Positions 18,652 to 26,164 of a DNA stretch of 41,641 nucleotides are shown piece after piece. How positions within the stretch are numbered: position 1 is the stretch's first letter; each line of letters begins with the position of its first letter. The DNA is taken from IMG/VR virus record IMGVR_UViG_3300037692_000167, positions 1 through 41,641 of that record, one strand, 5' to 3'. The translations under genes were made by a program, and so were the position numbers. The DNA comes from a virus (Duplodnaviria; Caudoviricetes). The notes below the pieces were generated by a model. It did no database searches. It worked only from the letters and a program-made list of their open reading frames with translations, and was not told where the DNA came from.

Positions 18652-19124
18652 ACGCCCGGGCTTTCATCCTCGACCGCACTAACCCGCTGAAGCGCTCGAG
18701 GCGCATTTGCGAGGTGGTGGACTGCCTCGAAGACCTGCCGATGGGTCGCTCGTGGCGAGTGACGGTCGAGGAAGCGAAGTCCGAGCGCTCCATCCAGCAG
18801 AACAAGTACCTGTTCGGCGTGGCCTACAAGCTCATTAGCGAGACGACGGGCTGCGAGAAGCAGGACATCCACAACGACATGCTCAAGCAGCACTTCGGCA
18901 CGAAGCTCAAGAAAGTGCCGCGGTCGAAGTACCACCCGGACGGCCTGGACGAACTGCCGGTGCGCACGACCACGACGGACGAGCACGGCCGGCGATCCGT
19001 GCTGGGCAAGATGCAGTTCGCGGAGTTCGTGGACTTCGTCCATCGCTGGGCGATGACGAAACTGGAGCTCCACATCCCCGCGCCAGACGAGCGTTCCGAG
19101 GACGAACAGGAGCGCGCAGCCTGA
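18648..19124 (+). CDS. NinB/Orf-like recombination protein
   Basis: RSIQQNKYLFGV, K.QFAEFVDFVHRWA...IPAP. Confidence 0.75.
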   Translation: MNARAFILDRTNPLKRSRRICEVVDCLEDLPMGRSWRVTVEEAKSERSIQQNKYLFGVAYKLISETTGCEKQDIHNDMLKQHFGTKLKKVPRSKYHPDGLDELPVRTTTTDEHGRRSVLGKMQFAEFVDFVHRWAMTKLELHIPAPDERSEDEQERAA

Positions 19125-19561
19125 TGTGGCACAAGAATCAAACGTGGCCGACCCCGGCCGAACGAGCGCGCGAGAAAGCTGCGCGACAACTCGGGTGTGT
19201 GCTTTCGCGACTGCGAATCGCGCGCGGCCTGCCGATTCCCCCTCCCCGGAAAGGCGCGCTGCACATCCATCACCTCGTGAAACCCGGCAAGCGCTACGGA
19301 CATGGCTACTCGGTGCCACTGCACTCCTGGTATCACGAGGCTATCGTTCCGTATCCGTTCACCAGCAAGACATACGCACGCGAGAAGTTCGGTGCGTCCA
19401 TCAAGCAGGGCAGCAAGACGTTCTTTGCAGACCACGGCGTGACTGAGTGGGAGCTGTACGACGAGACACAGCGCCTGCTGGGACTGCCTGCGGAGCGGCC
19501 GCCGACCAAGATCGTACCGCGCCGACACATCCCCGAAGCACAACGAGTCACTGGAGAATAA
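19124..19561 (+). CDS. Ref-like (RecA-dependent HNH-type) nuclease, copy 1
   Basis: LGC...IHHL..GKRYGH..VPL.SWYH...GASI..GSKTF...HG.TEWEL. Confidence 0.65.
   Translation: MWHKNQTWPTPAERAREKAARQLGCVLSRLRIARGLPIPPPRKGALHIHHLVKPGKRYGHGYSVPLHSWYHEAIVPYPFTSKTYAREKFGASIKQGSKTFFADHGVTEWELYDETQRLLGLPAERPPTKIVPRRHIPEAQRVTGE
19508..19539 (+). repeat. 32-bp boundary repeat A (copy 2 at 20671-20702)
   Basis: aagatcgtRccgcgccgacacatccccgaagc, 31/32 identical. Confidence 0.95.
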
Positions 19562-19563
19562 CT

Positions 19564-20148
19564 ATGCCGACCGGATACACAGCCGCCATTAAGGACGGCA
19601 TCAGTTTCAAGGAATACGCGTTCGGCTGTGCCCGCGCGTTCGGCGCATTGGTGATGATGCGCGACGAGCCGAGCGACGCCCCGATTCCGGAGCGATTCGA
19701 GCCAAGCAACTACCACACAGAAGCGCTTGCTACGGTTTCTGACCGGCTCGCGCAGCTCCGGCTGATGAGCCCGGCCGACGCCGAGAGCGCGGCGCAGGCG
19801 GAATATGCGAAAGCCGTGCGCGACCACAACGAACGCCGCGCCGAGCGGGAGGAACTCCGCTCGAAGTATCAAGCGATGCTTGCGCAGGTTGTGGCATGGC
19901 AGGCCCCAACCCCTGGGCACGCCGAATACAAAGCGTTCATGGAGAAGCAGATTCTCGAAAGCATCGAGTGGGACTGCCGCGACTACAGCGACGAGCCAGT
20001 TCTGCAAGATGGTGCTGCGTGGCTCACGGACACCATCGAGTACCTCGAAAAGAACATCGCTTATCACACGAGGGAAGACGCCAAGGAACGCGAGCGCACC
20101 GATAGCCGCAACACTTGGATCAAGGCGCTTCGCGACGCGCTCCCATGA
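19564..20148 (+). CDS. Conserved-type phage hypothetical protein (MPTGYTA...CARAFG)
   Basis: GGAG SD; helical 194 aa. Confidence 0.75.
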   Translation: MPTGYTAAIKDGISFKEYAFGCARAFGALVMMRDEPSDAPIPERFEPSNYHTEALATVSDRLAQLRLMSPADAESAAQAEYAKAVRDHNERRAEREELRSKYQAMLAQVVAWQAPTPGHAEYKAFMEKQILESIEWDCRDYSDEPVLQDGAAWLTDTIEYLEKNIAYHTREDAKERERTDSRNTWIKALRDALP

Positions 20149-20225
20149 CCACTTCGCCTCGCACCTACACCCTGACCGAACAGCAACGGCTACTCGTGAG
20201 CGAAGCGCTCGCCATGCTGGCAGCC
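20138..20225 (+). repeat. 88-bp boundary repeat B (copy 2 at 21304-21391); contains the start of truncated ORF 20145-20246
   Basis: Both copies encode MT...TLTEQQRLLVSEALAMLAA and begin cgctcccatgacc. Confidence 0.95.
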
Positions 20226-20292
20226 CAGCGTGGTGGTCTGGCATGAGCGAGGACGAGATTCAGGATGCGGCGACGCTGGTGGGGTTGGCGGC

Positions 20293-20727
20293 ATGATGTC
20301 GAAGAACTACGTACGACCCACAGCGCTCGAAAAAATACGCATCGACGCGATGCTGAAGTTCGGCTGCATCGTGACCGCGACGCGCAAAGCGCGCGGCCTC
20401 GAAGTGCCCACGCGTGGCAAGAATGAAGTGCACCACCTGGTCGGCGGAAACAAACGACTCGGCCACGGCTACACCATTGTCCTGAATTCTTGGTACCACC
20501 GCGGCGTCGTGCCGTATCCGGCTACGAGCAAAAAAGAAGCTCGGGCGCGGTACGGCGCCGCCTTGAGCGATGGACGAAAGGCGTTTCGCGCCTCGCACGG
20601 CTTCGATGATCGGGACCTGTGGGTGGACGCGCAGGTCCGCATGGGGATGTCGTGCGACATGACCGTCTCGAAGATCGTGCCGCGCCGACACATCCCCGAA
20701 GCTCACGTGAGCGTGAATAGAAAATGA
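20293..20727 (+). CDS. Ref-like nuclease, copy 2
   Basis: FGC...EVHHLVGGNKRLGHGYTIVLNSWYHRG; paralogue of 19124-19561. Confidence 0.65.
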   Translation: MMSKNYVRPTALEKIRIDAMLKFGCIVTATRKARGLEVPTRGKNEVHHLVGGNKRLGHGYTIVLNSWYHRGVVPYPATSKKEARARYGAALSDGRKAFRASHGFDDRDLWVDAQVRMGMSCDMTVSKIVPRRHIPEAHVSVNRK

Positions 20728-20760
20728 ATAATTTAGCCACGTTTTGCAGAAGGTGAGCCC

Positions 20761-21135
20761 GTGAGCACGAACCTGCAACAGAGAGTAGACGCAGCGATTG
20801 CTGAACTCGAAGCGCTTCAAACGAAGTGCAGTACCGCGAACTGGGTACGCGAGCATTGCCTTGGCTTGCTGCGCGGTCAATTACCGACGCTGGAAACGAA
20901 TACCACAAGCGCAGCAGCGGAAGTCGCTGGAGTGAAAGAAGCCGAAAGGTCTACTGGCTCGTACACCGCAGATAACGAGCATTCGAACAGTGTAGCTGCG
21001 GCCGGCCACTCCAGCGCCTGCGCGCATGAAGGCTTCTACTACTGCAAGAAATGCGGCAAGGACCTGACGCCAGAGATTGGCGAGCAGCATGGGCGCTATA
21101 ACGATTCTACTGGCTCGGCGAGGTCCGCATCATGA
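20761..21135 (+). CDS. Hypothetical protein with a C-terminal Zn ribbon and an internal RNA hairpin
   Basis: CAHEGFYYCKKCGKDL; low-complexity middle coincides with inverted repeats. Confidence 0.5.
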   Translation: MSTNLQQRVDAAIAELEALQTKCSTANWVREHCLGLLRGQLPTLETNTTSAAAEVAGVKEAERSTGSYTADNEHSNSVAAAGHSSACAHEGFYYCKKCGKDLTPEIGEQHGRYNDSTGSARSAS

Positions 21136-21314
21136 GGCCGACACACGCACGCAGCCCCGTGATCGATGCATACACGCTCTGCCACGTCACTCATGACGGC
21201 GGTAAGCCAGCCAGGATGGCGAAGGCCGGCGAGCGCGTGAACTGCCCCAACTGCCGGGTAGTGGTGAATTTCTGCAAGACGATCAAAGAGCGATACGAGG
21301 CTCCGCTCCCATGA
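21132..21314 (+). CDS. Small Cys/His protein
   Basis: TLCH...VNCPNC; coupled overlaps. Confidence 0.6.
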   Translation: MRPTHARSPVIDAYTLCHVTHDGGKPARMAKAGERVNCPNCRVVVNFCKTIKERYEAPLP

Positions 21315-21580
21315 CCTCAGCGCCCCTCACTTTCACCCTAACCGAGCAGCAACGGCTACTCGTGAGCGAAGCACTCGCCATGCTCGCAGCCTCTCGGCGT
21401 TCGCAGAACAGCACGCGCTCGCACTCTGATCGGAACGCGTATGGCTCGATTCGCATGGGGTCACGCGCCGTTATGGAGAAAGACGGGATGACCGAACTCA
21501 ATGCACTTCGAAGGATTTTCGGTACGACCAATCACGAGAAGGGAGAATCCAGTGTTGATACTCACATTTCGCCCCGGTGA
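21311..21580 (+). CDS. Hypothetical protein (full-length version of the truncated 20145 ORF)
   Basis: Shares its first ~27 aa with the 20145 ORF. Confidence 0.6.
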   Translation: MTSAPLTFTLTEQQRLLVSEALAMLAASRRSQNSTRSHSDRNAYGSIRMGSRAVMEKDGMTELNALRRIFGTTNHEKGESSVDTHISPR

Positions 21581-21773
21581 ACATTTCGACATGACGGCAT
21601 TGGCGGATATCCCCGAGGGAACCCGCATGGAAGTCAAAGCACTCGGTGTGGTAGGGAATCAGATCCGCTTGGGATTTACTGCACCTAGAACAGTGCGCAT
21701 CGACCGCTCCAAGATCACCGAACGCAGGTGGAGAGAAGAGCATCCTGAAAAGGTAAACGGTAACGTCGCATGA
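21552..21773 (+). CDS. csrA: CsrA/RsmA-family translational regulator (variant)
   Basis: GTG start after GGGAG; MLILTFRPGE...VKALGVVGNQIRLGFTAPRTVRIDRSKI aligns to the CsrA pattern MLILTRRVGE...[26 protein letters not shown]. Confidence 0.85.
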   Translation: MLILTFRPGEHFDMTALADIPEGTRMEVKALGVVGNQIRLGFTAPRTVRIDRSKITERRWREEHPEKVNGNVA

Positions 21774-23652
21774 AATACCTGAAGCGATCCATCATTCAGA
21801 TGCTATGGATTCTCTTGGCAAGCTTCATTCTGGCAGTGTTCTTCGGAAGCGTTACAGAACTATTCATCCGCTTGCAGAGATTGTTCGCATGAAATGGATC
21901 TTGGTCGTGACCTTCGTCGTGGGTCATCCGGCAGCAGACCCGGTTGGCATATCGCTGTTTGAGACAGAAGCTGAATGCTGGGCCTTCAGCACCACACTGA
22001 AATTCGATCACATGTCCCAATGCATGACGGTGGACCAGTCGGCGGCGGCATATCCCGAATTGAGTTGGCCGTGAGGATTTCATGAGCACCGAAACGGTGA
22101 GCCAGCATTGGCACGTCGAAGGAAAAGATGCGCAGGGGCAACGGGTCTATTCGGCCACAGTTGCAGCGGAATCTGCCGAAGTGTCAGGGGCTCCTGCGGC
22201 CATCGCTTATGCGTGCGATCGGCTCGTCCAGAACGGCTACGACGCACGCATCGTAATCACGTGGATCGCGACGCTGTATTGCCCATCGAGGGCTAAATCA
22301 TGAGCGCCGAAACGGTGAGTGTCTCGCCTGCGGACTTGGCAGACGACATCGATAATCTGCGGCACATGCTCGGCGCACGCGTTGGCAGCCCGAAGAAGGA
22401 ATGGGGCTACCGAAATCACTTCGCCACCAACTCGGACGACGCATCAATGCTCCGCCTCGTGGCTCTCGGACTTGTTCGCAAGGGACGGGGTATTCCTGGC
22501 GGCCTCGTGTACTTCCACGCCACAAAGTTGGGCTGCACGATTGCCGGGCTAGATAAAAAACAAACCGAGAGGGCGATGGAATGAATGCTCCGCTCCCCAC
22601 TGATCCCGTGAGTATTCCTCCCGGACTTGAGCGTGTGGCACGGCGCGAGTGTTCTGCGATTCTCAAAGTCATTCGCGAAAGCTACAGCCCGTCGGATGCC
22701 ATCGAGACAATCCTAGTCGCTGGCTTCATCTCGGGGGCTCGGTGGGCGATAGAGAGTGGAGTAGCGACGCCATGACTGCAGACCTTGTGACTCGGCTTCG
22801 CCACTGGAGCCGAGAGGACGACGCCGACATCGGGCACGAGGCGGCCGACGAGATCGAGCGCGCCAACCTCGCGCGCCTGCATGCCGTGCACGAGCGCGAC
22901 TGCGCGGTGGAGGACTTGCACGCAGTTCATACCGTGCTTGCGTCAGCGCTAGGCTGCACAGGCTACGGCCCGGAGCATGCGCGGTGGATAGCGCAGGCGC
23001 TGGAGCTGGTGAGCCCGCGCAAACAAGACGATGTGGAAGGAAACTGATTCGATGTACGCACGACGAAAAAACAAAACGGTCACCGGTCGGGCTTGCCACT
23101 CCGACTGTGGAAATAACTGTGGCGGGCAGTACCGGAACTGCCTAGCGGCTGAAATAGGCCACGCCGTGCGTACTTCTAATCAGTTTTCTGTCACAAGGGG
23201 ATGAAAGCATGACGACAAGAGTTACCCTCAAGAACGAGGGGCCGGACCTTCTGATGATCCGCTACTACGCGGAGGACCGGCAGTTCAAGGCCGGGCACCA
23301 AGTGCTGGCCGTGGGGGAGTCGTGCGACATCACCGTGTGGAACGGCAACCTGCCAGTGATGTGGCCGCTCGGTAGCGTGGAAGCGGCGACGGTCACCAAC
23401 GAGCCGAAACACTTCTTCGGCATTCCGCCTGCGACGTACTGAGAGCGAGCCAGTAACTAACAAAGGGGAATGAGAATGGGACCGCAAAGTCAGTTTGACC
23501 GAGAAGAGGCATCCATCATTGACGCCATGAACAGCGGCGACATCAGCCAAGAAGAGGGCCGCAAGCAGATGCGCGATCTGCACGCTGACTATCGTGGCGC
23601 CGCTGAAGAGGCTGCCCAAGAAGCCTACGACCGCGAGATGAACTGCTGGTAG
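21770..23652 (+). CDS. Run of small early genes (21770-21892 membrane peptide, 21889-22074 exported Cys protein, 22082-22303, 22300-22584, 22581-22775, 22772-23047, 23209-23442, 23470-23652)
   Basis: Coupled overlaps and SD motifs; no recognisable families. Confidence 0.55.
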
Positions 23653-23666
23653 ATGGGGAGCAGAGC

Positions 23667-23978
23667 ATGAGCAGGGTCGTGTGGGTTCGCATTCCGAAGT
23701 TCTGCGCCATGACTGGCGAGACGGACGACTCTGTGCGCGCGAACATGAACAACGGACACTGGCCTGAGGGTATCGTATGGAAGAAAGCGCCGAACGGCCG
23801 CATCTACATACACACGAGAAACTTCAATCGATGGGTCGCGGGTCAGGTGTACGCGCCACAAGCGCGAGTTCAATCGGGATCAGCTTCGTCTGGAAGGGCG
23901 TCCGGTGCCGCGAAAGGATCGCGCTCCCCCCGACTAGCCGTAATCAGAAGTACGTCGAGCGACTCAGGGCGACCATAA
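23667..23978 (+). CDS. xis: Excisionase
   Basis: WVRIPKFCAMTGET...WPEGIVWKKAPNGRIYI winged-helix Xis pattern; overlaps the int start. Confidence 0.8.
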   Translation: MSRVVWVRIPKFCAMTGETDDSVRANMNNGHWPEGIVWKKAPNGRIYIHTRNFNRWVAGQVYAPQARVQSGSASSGRASGAAKGSRSPRLAVIRSTSSDSGRP

Positions 23979-24949
23979 GACATGAGATCGTCACCAACAC
24001 GTTCGACTACGCGCGGCATTTCCCTGACTCTCCGCGGCTGGCGCGTTTGGCCCGGGGCGAACCCGGCCAACTTCTCAGCAGCGCCATGGACGTTTACCTT
24101 GATGGTCTCGCGGGACAGATCGAACCTGAGACGCTTACGAAATACCGTCACGATGCTCGAACGGTATCTGGATGGTTCCCCGGCAAAACGCTCCAAAGCC
24201 TTACACGCGCCGAAGTCAGGAACAAGGTCGCGAGCCTCAACCTCTCGCGCAAGCGGCTCCTCAATCTCCTCACGCCGCTCCGCGGCGCGCTCGGCCAGGC
24301 GCTAGACGATGAGATCATCGAAACGAATCCGCTCTCAGGCTTCAAGGTCCGTCGTATCTCCGCGCCGGTTGAGAAAATCGACCCGTTCACTCGTGAGGAA
24401 GTTGATCGACTCGGCCGAACCGATCTCGGCGAGCTCTGGATCTTTTGGGCCTGGACTGGGCTCCGTTCCGGAGAGGTTATTGGGCTGCGCTGGGGCGACA
24501 TGGATAGTGAATGCGTGGGAATCGCCATTCGGCGGTCTGTACGTGTCGGTCGTGAGAAACGGCCCAAAACTTCAGCAGGAGAAAGGCGCGTTGTCCTACT
24601 TCCGGATGCACGGGCCGCTGTCGCCGGTCTTGCTCGGGGGATTGAAACAGATCCGGTCTTCCGAAGCCCGAGCACGGGCGAGCGCTGGCATGAAGACAGA
24701 GCCCTTGCGCGCGCTTTCAGGAAGGCGTGTGAAGCGTCAAACGTCCGTTACCGTTACCCGTATCAGCTCCGGCACACGTTCGCGTCCTGGGCGCTCTCAA
24801 GCGGGGAGAACCCGCTGTGGGTAGCCAAGCAAATGGGGCACAGCGATGCGCAGATGGTATTCCGCGTGTACGGCAAATACATGCCGGACATGAACCCCGA
24901 TGCTGGTCAAAAAATGAGCAGCTCCAAAGGCAGCATCCGGGCAGCGTGA
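23831..24949 (+). CDS. int: Tyrosine integrase with an N-terminal arm-binding domain
   Basis: SIGISFVWKGVRCRERI arm domain; GLRSGE, PKT, YQLRHTFAS, QMGH, VYGKY catalytic motifs. Confidence 0.95.
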   Translation: MGRGSGVRATSASSIGISFVWKGVRCRERIALPPTSRNQKYVERLRATIRHEIVTNTFDYARHFPDSPRLARLARGEPGQLLSSAMDVYLDGLAGQIEPETLTKYRHDARTVSGWFPGKTLQSLTRAEVRNKVASLNLSRKRLLNLLTPLRGALGQALDDEIIETNPLSGFKVRRISAPVEKIDPFTREEVDRLGRTDLGELWIFWAWTGLRSGEVIGLRWGDMDSECVGIAIRRSVRVGREKRPKTSAGERRVVLLPDARAAVAGLARGIETDPVFRSPSTGERWHEDRALARAFRKACEASNVRYRYPYQLRHTFASWALSSGENPLWVAKQMGHSDAQMVFRVYGKYMPDMNPDAGQKMSSSKGSIRAA

Positions 24950-24961
24950 TGGATAAGTCAT

Positions 24962-24977
24962 TGTTCCACGTGGAACT
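24962..24977. promoter_or_regulatory. parS-like palindrome
   Basis: TGTTCCACGTGGAACT with a perfect 14-bp palindrome GTTCCACGTGGAAC; 15/16 to TGTTCCACGTGGAACA. Confidence 0.75.
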
Positions 24978-24979
24978 CC

Positions 24980-25007
24980 GGGGGTTCGATTCCCCCCGCC
25001 TCCACCA
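24980..25007 (+). other. attP core: 3' end of tmRNA (ssrA) - T arm, acceptor strand and CCA
   Basis: GGGGG-TTCGATT-CCCCC-CGCCTCC-ACCA; the acceptor strand implies a G3-U70 alanine identity; 30 bp after the int stop; no 5' half present. Confidence 0.85.
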
Positions 25008-25124
25008 CTTCGGCCAATACAATCGGGTACTTGGCCTCGCACGACTAAGGCAGCTTGGGCTCCAGTCGTCTCCAGTAGCCACCGTTCGGGCAGCATTTGG
25101 GCAACCCGCCCAGCGGGAGGCCGC

Positions 25125-25823
25125 ATGCCGCAGAACGGCTTGAACGGCCTCACCTTCGAGCAAGTGCATCGAATTCGTACCGCCCGGCTGCCGGACGAGT
25201 ATTTCGCGAAGGTCCATGGTCTGTGCGTGGATTCGATAGCGAACGCCAGGTGCGGCCGCACGTACAAGGACCATCCGACACCGCCAGCGCCCAAGGTCCG
25301 GCCAGCGAAAGGGAAGCACTCGTTCGGAGGCGCTGCTCCATCCGACGACATCGGCATCGAGCCGAAGGACCAAGCGCTTTACGAGCGTCTTCGGGCGTGG
25401 GTCGAGGTTGACACCGACGGATGCTGGATCTGGACCGGCGCCTACCTCAGCAACAAACACCCCTCCGGCCAGCATGGCACGGCGACGGTCCCGGGCCGCG
25501 GAACGATGGGCGCGCATCGCGCCATGTGGATCGCCCTCTATGGCGAGATCCCTGACGGCTTGCATGTTCTCCACCGTTGCGACAAGCCACGGTGCATTCA
25601 TCCACGGGACCTTTGGGACGGAACGCATGCCCAGAACATGGCCGACATGAAGGCCAAGGGCAGACACGCACAGAGCGCGCAAAAGACTTGCAAGCGCGGC
25701 CATCCGCTCCCGCCTCCCAACATCGACGGCAGGCGCCCCTGCCCGGAGTGCTTACGAATGCATTCGCGAGAATATGAGCGCCGAAAGCGACGCGCCTCTA
25801 CATCCACACCGGAGCCAACATGA
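25125..25823 (+). CDS. HNH homing endonuclease
   Basis: GCWIWTGA, AHRAMW, VLHRCDKPRCIHPRDLWDGTHAQNMADMKAKGR, CKRGHPL. Confidence 0.85.
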   Translation: MPQNGLNGLTFEQVHRIRTARLPDEYFAKVHGLCVDSIANARCGRTYKDHPTPPAPKVRPAKGKHSFGGAAPSDDIGIEPKDQALYERLRAWVEVDTDGCWIWTGAYLSNKHPSGQHGTATVPGRGTMGAHRAMWIALYGEIPDGLHVLHRCDKPRCIHPRDLWDGTHAQNMADMKAKGRHAQSAQKTCKRGHPLPPPNIDGRRPCPECLRMHSREYERRKRRASTSTPEPT

Positions 25824-26164
25824 AAGATTGGATTCTCGGCTACTGGGCCAATGCCTGGATTTCCTTCGGGCTGTTCTGGCTGCCGCTTGGTGTTTGCGCC
25901 ATCGGCTACACCGTCCGCACGTGGCGGAACTTCAGGAAGGATCGCAAGGCGCGCGAGTCGGAGAAGCACTACTACCCGACCGACACTGTGGGCACGTTGA
26001 TCGGCCGAGGGATCGTGAGCGTGGTTCCGGTTGCCAATCTCTGCGCGGCCGCTTTCGACCTTGCGCCCGAGATGCTCAGCGGGTTCATCAGGCGTATGGC
26101 CAAGATCTTCGACCAGCCTCTCGTGCCAAAGCGACGTGAGGAAAGCGCTGGAGAGAGGCCATGA
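25820..26164 (+). CDS. Membrane protein
   Basis: Two hydrophobic segments; GGAG SD and ATGA coupling. Confidence 0.65.
   Translation: MKDWILGYWANAWISFGLFWLPLGVCAIGYTVRTWRNFRKDRKARESEKHYYPTDTVGTLIGRGIVSVVPVANLCAAAFDLAPEMLSGFIRRMAKIFDQPLVPKRREESAGERP

Larger units (their letters stand above)
24916..25107. mobile_element. attP region: arm-type repeats, IHF-like site and core
   Basis: RGGCAGC-type repeats at 24928, 24939, 25048, 25088 and 25099 flank the core; TAAGTCATTGTT (24954) resembles an IHF site; CTCCAGT tandem at 25060-25076. Confidence 0.75.

Noticed and set aside
23105-23122. DnaA boxes (ctgtggaaataactgtgg)
   Set aside because: Neither copy matches TGTGGATAA well, and the region probably encodes a small Cys-containing ORF
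24940-25007. Complete tRNA or tmRNA gene
   Set aside because: Only the T arm, acceptor 3' strand and CCA are present; there is no matching 5' acceptor strand, D arm or anticodon arm
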